Shown: one piece after another, positions 54,024-62,421 of the stretch | Position numbering within the stretch: the stretch's first letter is position 1 | Layout: each line of letters opens with the position of its first letter | Source of the DNA: Basidiobolus meristosporus CBS 931.73 | Taxonomy: Eukaryota; Fungi; Basidiobolomycota | Direction: 5' to 3' | Length of the DNA: 64,000 nucleotides | NCBI GenBank assembly: GCA_002104905.1 | Contig: MCFE01000043.1 | Coordinates: 124,001 to 188,000, forward strand | Notes under the pieces: model-generated | Seen by the model: the letters and a program-made list of their open reading frames with translations, nothing else | What the model was told of the DNA's origin: nothing | Databases searched by the model: none | Translations under genes and position numbers: made by a program

Positions 54024-54190
54024 TGTTATGTCCTAAAAACGCAGATCGGAGTGATGAACTCTGGTTGTTTAATTCGACCAATTTCGGACTGTGAAAATCG
54101 ACTGTCTTTATTTAAGGTGAATGTTCACTTTTTATAGTTATTAGTTTGAAACACTTTCTTGCGGTTTGCGCGGGATTGTTGCATGATTCC
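54024..54190 (-). repeat. Gypsy-2 5' LTR remnant (167 bp)
   Basis: Aligns with 49315-49480; fused directly to a truncated tRNA-Arg(TCT). Confidence 0.9.
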
Positions 54191-54252
54191 GACTCAAACC
54201 CACAATCCTCAGATTAGAAGTCTGATGCCTTATCCAATTAGGCCACGGGGGC
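54191..54252 (-). pseudogene. tRNA-Arg(TCT), 3'-truncated by the LTR junction
   Basis: Matches 59416-59477 except one C-to-T-type change; acceptor 3' strand and part of the T-stem missing. Confidence 0.9.
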
Positions 54253-54411
54253 ATTTCGTTCTTGTTCCCTTTGTTTTGCGTATAGATGTAAACTAAATGA
54301 AGTACTATCCGGTGATTCCCTTGTGACTCTAGTGACTGTATTCTTATGACCGTCCAAATTTCTGCCAAACCTTAGCCAATTTTAAGTAACATTGGCTAAA
54401 AAAATAAAAAT

Positions 54412-54484
54412 TGCCGTCTCTGCGGATCGAACGCAGGACCTTCAGAACTTCAGTCTGACGCTCTCCCAACTGAGCTAAGACGGC
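54412..54484 (-). tRNA. tRNA-Phe(GAA)
   Basis: Cloverleaf, loop CTGAAGT, GTTCGA T-loop, downstream T-run. Confidence 0.95.
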
Positions 54485-54722
54485 TATACATTTGCTTGAA
54501 TATTGAGTATGAATTAGTTGGCTAATAGTGTAAGATAGTGTCATCACTACCTTGGGCAAGCCCTGTTTGCCTTAGTATCTGCAATACATCCCGTAGTCAT
54601 GGCATACTCTGGATAATAGTTATTTTAATGAATCGCAGTAACCCGTATGGATTTTGTACTACTTAGCCCCTTTGTAACTACTAAGGAGATATATCTGATC
54701 AAGATTTGGTTGCAAGCGTATT

Positions 54723-54796
54723 GCTCTTGTGGCGCAATTGGCTAGCGCGTCTGACTGTTAATCAGGAGGTTGGTGGTTCAAGCCCACCCAGGAGCG
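54723..54796 (+). tRNA. tRNA-Asn(GTT)
   Basis: GCTCTTG/CAGGAGC acceptor; loop CTGTTAA. Confidence 0.95.
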
Positions 54797-55017
54797 ATTA
54801 CCTTTTGCTTGAAGCTTTAGCACTCCCTTTTTTGCCATTCGGCTGGAAACGGGTTAGGAGTCTGGGGTATATTTGTATGTGCCACACACATGTTACTGTC
54901 AACTATCTATTTTAATGAATGTACTTGAATACTGAAGCGAAGAGCTGCACCGCCATTATCCAAGGAGTAAAACTCAAAACTTCTCAGCCAACTAATGTAG
55001 CTGGGACAAAACAAGAC

Positions 55018-55103
55018 TCCGAACACCCGGATTTGAACCAGGGACCTAAAGATTGCTATGGTAACACTACAGTCTTCCGCTCTACCAACTGAGCTATGTT
55101 CGG
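55018..55103 (-). tRNA. tRNA-Tyr(GTA) with 13-nt intron
   Basis: CCGAACA/TGTTCGG acceptor (C1-G72); intron TGTTACCATAGCA after position 37. Confidence 0.95.
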
Positions 55104-55203
55104 GAGTTCACGGGAGTGGGAACCAATATCAATGATAGACTAGATGTTTCAAATAATTGCAGCATTCCCATACATTCCTTTATAACATCTGGAACGTGAA
55201 AAT

Positions 55204-55286
55204 GGAGAGATGGCCGAGTTGGTCTAAGGCGTCACGTTAAGGCCGTGATCTCTTCGGAGGCGTGGGTTCGAATCCCACTCTCTTCA
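55204..55286 (+). tRNA. tRNA-Leu(AAG)
   Basis: Long variable arm; loop TTAAGGC. Confidence 0.93.
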
Positions 55287-55537
55287 TTAGTTTTTGCGCT
55301 CTTCTTTTTCCCGGTATTTCTCTTGACCTTTGGGATGTACACCACCGGTGATCAGGTAGAGCAACAATTTTATGACATGGCCACTTCACTATATGGATAG
55401 CCACTATGATTATGCTCAGTTTAGGCATTGATATGATTGATTTGCCCGCACAGCATTGATGGATATCTTGGCAAATCCCCACGCATACAAAAAAAACCAG
55501 CAGCAGCACCTACATTCAAGTAGAGCCGTTGGCAAAA

Positions 55538-55610
55538 TGCCTTCTGCCGGAATTGAACCAGCGACCTTCTGCTTACTAGGCAGACGCTCTGCCAACTGAG
55601 CCAAGAAGGC
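55538..55610 (-). tRNA. tRNA-Thr(AGT)
   Basis: GCCTTCT/AGAAGGC acceptor; loop CTAGTAA. Confidence 0.95.
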
Positions 55611-56177
55611 AATATGTCTGAGCGCACTAGATGGGCTCTATGAGGAAAATACCTAAGCAAGAGTCTTATTCTATAAAGCTATTTGGGGTGATAAACTGAT
55701 GTAGCACCAGAGCCATGATGTCAGAAGGTAGGGCGGCATGATTGTGCGCAACAACGATAGGTTCGAATTGCAGTTGGACATACCCTACGGAGTGGCTAAC
55801 CAGATGATAAACCGTAAGGCGGTTATGCCAAAAGTTTTGGCAGCCAGCAGTGTTGTTTTGAGGGGCAGTTTAGCCTTGATATTTTGCATTGATTAACTAA
55901 CCCTAATCAAAGGAGGAAACATGCACATTCCTGGAGCTTCGGGTATATGACTCGGCCATCCAAGTCCTTTTTCTGTTTTGTCAGCTTTATGGTGAGTAAG
56001 GTAAGAAGCAACACCTGCGTCCAAGCAGGCACATAACTCCTACTCTTGCCATTCCCAGCAAAACAGCAACGATACAGTAAGCCAGATGCAGCTAGCCAAC
56101 AAAAGAATGAAACGTATTATCTCATACGTCAAAGTATTGCTCAAAGAAAGGAAATCGCAAAGACACCTACAGCAAAA

Positions 56178-56248
56178 TGCATACTCGGGGAATCGAACCC
56201 CGGTCTACCGCGTGGCAGGCGGTAATTATACCACTAAACCAAGTATGC
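56178..56248 (-). tRNA. tRNA-Gly(GCC)
   Basis: GCATACT/AGTATGC acceptor; loop CTGCCAC. Confidence 0.95.
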
Positions 56249-56374
56249 AATTACAATAGGGGGGCGGAAAGGTAGTTCATGATAACATTCAGGGGAAGCA
56301 GTGCGCAACTTTGGATGTCACCACCAAAGGCTAAAGAGATTCATAGTCTACCAGCTGGCAAGTATATGCTATAA

Positions 56375-56447
56375 GGGCGTATGGCCAAATGGATAAGGCG
56401 CCTGACTACGGATCAGGAGATTCCAGGTTCGATCCCTGGTATGCTCG
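56375..56447 (+). tRNA. tRNA-Arg(ACG)
   Basis: Loop CTACGGA; GTTCGA T-loop. Confidence 0.95.
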
Positions 56448-56655
56448 TTATTTTGCAACCAACATTTTGTAGTCTACAACTATGAGAAAATGTTACATGC
56501 AATGAATCAATGAAATACCATTGAAGGAGAGGTCAATTCATCAAGTGTGCCGAGTTCTTAGTCACAAAAGCATAACGTTGGTGAATAAAATATTGGCTTA
56601 TCTAGCCAAACATAGAGTGTACTTAGTCAAGAACGTATTTAAATTCAAAAAGGTT

Positions 56656-56727
56656 TTCCCCATCGGGGAATCGAACCCCGGCCGTCTCGGTGAGAGCGAG
56701 AAATCCTAACCACTGGACCAATGAGGA
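56656..56727 (-). tRNA. tRNA-Glu(CTC)
   Basis: TCCTCAT/ATGGGGA acceptor; loop CTCTCAC. Confidence 0.95.
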
Positions 56728-57021
56728 CTTGTTGATGATACTACTATATGTTTATCTCTTAGTGAACTCGCCATAGTAATAGCACTTACCTAGGCTTAGT
56801 GCAAACCGATTGCTACATTGTGAATCTGGGCGTGTGCCTCCCAGTTGGAATCTTGCATTTTAGACCATCAATTCTATATCAAAACAGTAAGATACTCCGG
56901 AAGCAACGCAACTTAAGAGTGTATGTATTCGCATACCTCGCATACCAAGGGTTAAGAAGTGTGTAAAGTAGATGCCCTTTGCACATTACTAAATAAGCAA
57001 ATATTTGTATGTTATCGAACA

Positions 57022-57095
57022 GCTCGCATAGCTCAGTTGGTTAGAGCGTGGTGCTAATAACGCCAAGGTCGCAGGTTCGACCCCTGCTGTGAGCA
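57022..57095 (+). tRNA. tRNA-Ile(AAT)
   Basis: Loop CTAATAA; T-run terminator downstream. Confidence 0.95.
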
Positions 57096-57268
57096 AATTT
57101 CCTTTTTCGTTTTTTCCTTGCTAACTCATTTCCCTCAAGTTATCGTCGAAATAGATACATACACAAGTGTACTTTCACAAAGTTGTTGTTTAGTGGCTTT
57201 GTTATATTGTATGCTGATAAACACTTGGTAGAAATATACAGTTTATTCTTTATTTTATCGTAACTAAT

Positions 57269-57340
57269 TCTCAGATAGTATAGTGGTAAGTATCCCCGCC
57301 TGTCACGCGGGAGACCCGGGTTCAATTCCCGGTCTGAGAG
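57269..57340 (+). tRNA. tRNA-Asp(GTC)
   Basis: TCTCAGA/TCTGAGA acceptor; loop CTGTCAC; TTTTT terminator. Confidence 0.95.
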
Positions 57341-57699
57341 CTTTTTACATGCCACTCTAAGTATAGTAGTATAGGCAGTAGCAATATTTTATTACTCGAT
57401 AACCCGTTTATTTGAAAATACATAGATAATGTTTTTACAACAGTATTTCTGCCTCATATATATATATATACATGTATGTGCCTCCGTTTGCATCTTGGAC
57501 CATAGTTATAGGATATGGATCTTTACTGGGAATCGTACCAAAGATTTCACCCACACAAAGAGCGAGTATACCGCCAAATCCTCAAGGCAATACCACCCTA
57601 ACAAGATGCACAATACACTATCGGTCATTTTACAAAAGTCCTCAAGAATACACCAGTACCTAGCAATATCACCACTACTCCAGAAAGCCTAATATAAAT

Positions 57700-57772
57700 G
57701 GGGGTCTAGCTCAGATGGTAGAGCGCTCGCTTAGCATGCGAGAGGCACTGGGATCGATACCCAGGTCCTCCA
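57700..57772 (+). tRNA. tRNA-Ala(AGC)
   Basis: G3:U70 pair; loop TTAGCAT; one T:T mismatch in the acceptor stem; TTTTT terminator. Confidence 0.9.
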
Positions 57773-57889
57773 TTTTTGCCATGTTGCAGTAAAGAATTTT
57801 AATATTTGCAGCAATGCTATTTTCCATTCGCTCAAAGCCATTCATTTATATTTATCTCGGGCATAAAAAAACTGTTAAAGTGTGTAAAA

Positions 57890-57961
57890 AGGACGCAGGC
57901 GGATTTGAACCACCGACCTATTGATCTGCAGTCAATTGCTCTACCACTGAGCTATACGTCC
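57890..57961 (-). tRNA. tRNA-Cys(GCA)
   Basis: Loop CTGCAGA; U73 discriminator. Confidence 0.95.
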
Positions 57962-58085
57962 GTTACTTGGAGGGCTAATATTATACAGATTCACATATCC
58001 GTGAATGCAACAATGATCTGTCAATCTCATCAATTGCCGTTTGAAAAGTAAATCGATCAAAAGCGGATCAAGGCAAAAGTATAAG

Positions 58086-58158
58086 CACCCAACGTGGGGG
58101 TCGAACCCACAACCTTGAGATTAAGAGTCTCACGCTCTACCGATTGAGCTAGCCGGGC
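58086..58158 (-). tRNA. tRNA-Lys(CTT)
   Basis: GCCCGGCTAGCTCA start; loop CTCTTAA. Confidence 0.95.
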
Positions 58159-58435
58159 CACGTGGCTGTATGTGTAAAAGCTTAGTTATATTCCTTTTGT
58201 TTGCTTGAAAAGACCTGCGACCATTAATGCATAGCATAAAATCATACCACCTATATAGACATATATACTTCATCCCAAGGGATTTTCGAATATCTACGAT
58301 ATTTCACTGTGTGAAACAGACACCCAGAGCATGGTACTGCATATATTAGGAGAACCTGAGGTATAGAATCACCGCACAATTGTTGTTTTGTAATGCATAG
58401 TAACAACACAGAGTAAAAAAAATATCAAAAGAAAC

Positions 58436-58508
58436 TGCTCCCTGCCAGGATCGAACTGGCGACCTTCAGATTATGAGACTAACGCGCTGCCAACTGCGCT
58501 AAGGAAGC
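58436..58508 (-). tRNA. tRNA-Met(CAT), elongator
   Basis: G1-C72, U31:U39, normal GTTCGA T-loop. Confidence 0.95.
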
Positions 58509-58677
58509 ATGTATACCGGGGATATCTTATATCAATATATTACAAGCTCCAGACTATTTTGCGTGATTTAATACCCCACGGTAGGGTAGCAATAATCATT
58601 CAGGAGGTACAACATTGTGCCAGCAAAATTCAAACAACATTAAAAATGAGCCTTTACAACGTAGTTGAATGCAAAAG

Positions 58678-58749
58678 TTCCCCATCGGGGAATCGAACCC
58701 CGGCCGTCTCGGTGAAAGCGAGAAATCCTAACCACTGGACCAATGAGGA
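58678..58749 (-). tRNA. tRNA-Glu(TTC)
   Basis: Identical to the Glu(CTC) gene except at the wobble base. Confidence 0.95.
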
Positions 58750-59092
58750 ATACATGAAAACATTCTAACTACAATGCTGTGTTAATGTGTAAGTGTAATG
58801 TTGCACAGCAGTTCGATCGTTAATACATCCCTTTGCTAGGTCTATTTCGCATGATGAAAATTGCACCCTTGGCAGTACAATAAGTTATTGTGTGTGAGTG
58901 CTTAGAAGCCTCTGGTCAAGGTAAAGGCTTCTAGCATATACGGCAAGTTCTTGGGCAAGATTTGATTGCAGATTCTGTAAAGAGAAGCAATAAGTATACA
59001 TATTCTTCAACTCCTATTTAGCATTCACACATTTTCATGGTATAAATGTAATAGCGACACTCATACATTTGAGGAGTCAGCAAAAGATTAGA

Positions 59093-59164
59093 TAGCAGCG
59101 AGAGGTTTCGATCCTCCGACCTCGGGGTTATGAGCCCCGCGCGCTTCCTCTGCGCTACGCTGCT
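59093..59164 (-). tRNA. tRNA-iMet(CAT), initiator
   Basis: A1-U72, GATCGAAA T-loop (A54), consecutive G-C pairs at the base of the anticodon stem. Confidence 0.96.
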
Positions 59165-59404
59165 TTGTTGAATATCTAAGACAAAGACGCCCTTTGACCC
59201 TTTGGTAGGACTGTATTACAATCTGATATTTTGACTGTGCCCATGCACGCATACCTCCAGTTTAAATAGTATACAAACTGTAACCATTCAAAAGGGTATG
59301 ATTCACACCTCTGAAATGGCTCTTCCTACCCAATCCTATAAAACACATGTCAAGCAACAAAAGACTCTTGATGCCGACCAGTAATCAGTACAAAAAGAGA
59401 AAGC

Positions 59405-59477
59405 CACCCCGGTGGGACTCGAACCCACAATCCTCAGATTAGAAGTCTGATGCCTTATCCAATTAGGCCACGGGGGC
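59405..59477 (-). tRNA. tRNA-Arg(TCT), full-length copy
   Basis: Loop CTTCTAA; acceptor 3' strand appears one G short (GCCCCCG vs CGGGGT-G). Confidence 0.8.
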
Positions 59478-59636
59478 ATTTCGTTCTTGTTCCCTTTGTT
59501 TTGCGTATAGATGTAAACTAAATGAAGTACTATCCGGTGATTCCCTTGTGACTCTAGTGACTGTATTCTTATGACCGTCCAAATTTCTGCCAAACCTTAG
59601 CCAATTTTGAGTAACATTGGCTAAAAAAATAAAAAT

Positions 59637-59709
59637 TGCCATCTCTGCAGATCAAACGCAGGACCTTTGGAACTTCAGTCTAATGCTCTTCCAACTGAGC
59701 TAAGGCGGC
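59637..59709 (-). pseudogene. tRNA-Phe pseudogene
   Basis: 4 of 6 CpGs lost, including in the T-loop and acceptor stem. Confidence 0.9.
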
Positions 59710-59947
59710 TATACATTTGCTTGAATATTGAGTATGAATTAGTTGGCTAATAGTGTAAGATAGTGTCATCACTACCTTGGGCAAGCCCTGTTTGCCTTAG
59801 TATCTGCAATACATCCCGTAGTCATGGCATACTCTGGATAATAGTTATTTTAATGAATTGCAGTAACCTGTATGGATTTTGTACTACTTAGCCCCTTTGT
59901 AACTACTAAGGAGATATATCTGATCAAGATTTGGTTGCAAGCGTTTT

Positions 59948-60021
59948 GCTCTTGTGGCGCAATTGGCTAGCGCATTTGACTGTTAATCAGGAGGTTGGTG
60001 GCTCAAGCCCACCCAGGAGTG
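59948..60021 (+). pseudogene. tRNA-Asn pseudogene
   Basis: GGTTCA>GGCTCA in the B-box plus stem transitions. Confidence 0.85.
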
Positions 60022-60242
60022 ATTACCTTTTGCTTGAAGCTTTAGCACTCCCTTTTTTGCTATTCAGCTGGAAACGGGTTAGGAGTCTGGGGTATATTTG
60101 CATGTGCCACACACATGTTACTGTCAACTATCTATTTTAATGAATGCACTTGAATACTGAAGCAAAGAGCTGCACCGCCATTATCCAAGGAGTAAAACTT
60201 AAAACTTCTCAGCCAACTAATGTAGCTGGGACAGAACAAGAC

Positions 60243-60328
60243 TCCAAACACCTGGATTTGGACCAGGGACCTAAAGATTGCTATGGTAACACTACAGTCT
60301 TCTGCTTTACCAACTGAGCTATGTTTGG
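60243..60328 (-). pseudogene. tRNA-Tyr pseudogene
   Basis: Acceptor, D- and T-arm transitions relative to 55018-55103. Confidence 0.88.
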
Positions 60329-60428
60329 GAGTTCACGGGAGTGAGAACCAATATCAATGATAAGCTAAATTTTTCAACTAATTGCAGCATTCCCATAGAT
60401 TCCTTTATAACATCCGGAACATGAAAAT

Positions 60429-60511
60429 GAGGAGATGGACAAGTTGGTCTAAGGTGTCACATTAAGGCCGTGATCTCTTTGGAGGCGTGGGTTTGAATCC
60501 CACTCTTTTCA
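60429..60511 (+). pseudogene. tRNA-Leu pseudogene
   Basis: GTTCGA>GTTTGA and several CpG losses. Confidence 0.88.
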
Positions 60512-60758
60512 TTAGTTTTTGCTCTCTTCTTTTTCCTGGTATTTCTCATGACCTTTGGGATGTACACCACCGGTGATTGGGTAGAGCAACAATTTTATGA
60601 CATGGCCACTTCACTATATGGATAGCCACTATGATTATGCTCAGTTTAGGCATTGATATGATTGATTTGCCTGCACAGCATTGATGGATATCTTGGCAAA
60701 TCCCCATGCATACAAAAAAACCAGCAGCACCTACATTCAAGTAGAGCCCTTGGCAAAA

Positions 60759-60831
60759 TGCCTTCTGCCGGAATTCTACCAGCAACCTTCTGCTTACTAG
60801 GCATATGCTCTGCCAACTGAGCCAAGAAGGC
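60759..60831 (-). pseudogene. tRNA-Thr pseudogene
   Basis: T-loop disrupted (aattgaac>aattctac on the + strand). Confidence 0.88.
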
Positions 60832-61352
60832 AATATGTCTGAGCATACTAGATGGGCTCTATGAGGAAAATACCTAAGCAAGAGTCTTATTCTATAAAGC
60901 TATTTGGGGTGATAAACTGATGTAACACCAGAGCCATGATGTCAGAAGGTAGGGCGGCATGATTGTGCGCAACAATGATAGGTTTGAATTGCAGTTGGAC
61001 ATACCCTACAGAGTGGCTAACCAGATGATAAACTGTAAGGCAGTTTAGCCTTGATATTTTGCATTGATTAACTAACCCTAATCAAAGGAGGAAACATGCA
61101 CATTCCTGGAGCTTTGGGTATATGACTTGGCCATCTAAGTCCTTTTTCTGTTTTGTCAGCTTTATGGTGAGTAAGGTAAGAAGCAACACCTGTGTCCAAG
61201 CAGGCACATAACTCCTACTCTTGCCATTCCCAGCAAAACAGCAACAATACAGTAAGCCAGATGCAGCTAGCCAACAAAATAATGAAACATATTATCTCAT
61301 GCGTCAAAGTATTGCTCAAAGAAAGGAAATTGCAAAGACACTTACAGCAAAA

Positions 61353-61423
61353 TGCATACTTGGGGAATTGAACCCTGGTCTACCGTGTGGCTGGTGGTAA
61401 TTATACCACTAAACCAAGTATGC
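61353..61423 (-). pseudogene. tRNA-Gly pseudogene
   Basis: U33>A and several CpG losses. Confidence 0.88.
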
Positions 61424-61549
61424 AATTACAATAGGGGGGCGGAAAGGTAGTTCATGATAATATTCAGGGGAAGCAGTGCACAACTTTGGATGTCACCACC
61501 AAAGGCTAAAGAGATTCATAGTCTACCAGCTGGCAAGTATATGCTATAA

Positions 61550-61622
61550 GGGTGTATGGGCAAATGGATAAGGTGCCTGATTACAGATCAGGAGATTCCA
61601 GGTTCAATCCCTGGTATGCTTG
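61550..61622 (+). pseudogene. tRNA-Arg(ACG) pseudogene (anticodon now ACA)
   Basis: ctacgga>ttacaga; GTTCGA>GTTCAA. Confidence 0.88.
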
Positions 61623-61830
61623 CTATTATGCAACCAACATTTTGTAGTCTACAACTATGAGAAAATGTTACATGCAATGAATCAATGAAATACCATTGAA
61701 GGAGAGGTCAATTCATCAAGTGTGCCAAGTTCTTAGTCACAAAAGCATAACGTTGGTGAATAAAATATTGGCTTATCTAGCCAAACATACAGTGTACTTA
61801 GTCAAGAACGTATTTAAATTCAAAAAGGTT

Positions 61831-61902
61831 TTCCCCATCAGGGAATCAAACCCCGGCCGTCTCAGTGAGAGCAAGAAATCCTAACCACTGGACCAATGAG
61901 GA
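61831..61902 (-). pseudogene. tRNA-Glu(CTC) pseudogene
   Basis: CG>CA changes in the T-loop, T-stem and anticodon stem. Confidence 0.88.
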
Positions 61903-61904
61903 CA

Positions 61905-62421
61905 AACACAGAAGAGCTGAGGACATACATCAGGTACTCAATACCCAGGGCACTCTGAATCTAGCTCCTGTGGCTTGTAACATGTCACAAAAATGCATGG
62001 CACTATCTTGGTCCACTGGTATTATCTGGCACTATATGTGCTTTGTATAGATCTTACTTTAGGGCTAAGAATTATATATAGTGCCAGATAATACCAGTGG
62101 ACCAAGATAGTGCCATGCATTTTTGTGACATGTTACAAGCCACAGGAGCTAGATTCAGAGTGCCATGGGTATTGATCACCTGACACATGTCTTCAGTTCT
62201 TCTATGCTCTTACACATCCTGCACTACATTGACCAAAAAAAAAGGTCAGAAAATTGATTTTCTCCAACACAATGGGTGAAACACAGGGGTGGCTTTGCAT
62301 AAAGATGCAGAGCTATGTTTCACACTCTGTGGCCAAGTATAGGTTCACCTATCCTCCCTGGCACACTATGGCATCATTTGGCACTCATGGCTCAATGTGG
62401 TACTATCCAACAGAACAAATC
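61905..62421. mobile_element. Foldback element, copy D (left arm truncated)
   Basis: Right terminus GAACAAATC; inner arms form a perfect ~88-bp inverted repeat. Confidence 0.85.

Larger units (their letters stand above)
49315..54190 (-). mobile_element. Ty3/Gypsy retrotransposon (Gypsy-2), degenerate, 5' LTR truncated
   Basis: gag fragments (53976-53336; TPMELD; CYYCRKSGY...C), RT (LRMCVDY, FLDD; 52738-51881), RNaseH (TTDALDFAIG), IN (WALDFIG, TDRGANF); LTRs 49315-49781 and 54024-54190. Confidence 0.95.
54191..59415. repeat. 5,225-bp tRNA-cluster repeat unit, copy 1 (intact, CpG-rich)
   Basis: Sequence from 54191 recurs from 59416. Confidence 0.95.
59416..61904. repeat. tRNA-cluster unit, copy 2 (decaying; truncated after Glu(CTC))
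   Basis: Collinear with copy 1 at +5225; a microhomology-flanked deletion of about 45-50 bp near 61040; joins a foldback element at ~61905. Confidence 0.95.

Noticed and set aside
54680-57700. A conserved TATA box at -30 of every tRNA gene
   Set aside because: AT-rich motifs occur at inconsistent distances; not distinguishable from background by eye.
59416-61904. Classical Neurospora-type RIP
   Set aside because: Changes are mainly in CpG context and affect one copy only; RIP would be expected to hit both duplicates. A CpG-preferring RIP-like process is not fully excluded.
54141-62050. Short ORFs across the tRNA cluster (e.g. 54706-54915, 55416-55604, 56521-56709)
   Set aside because: They overlap tRNA genes or spacers, lack coding features, and recur only because the unit is duplicated.
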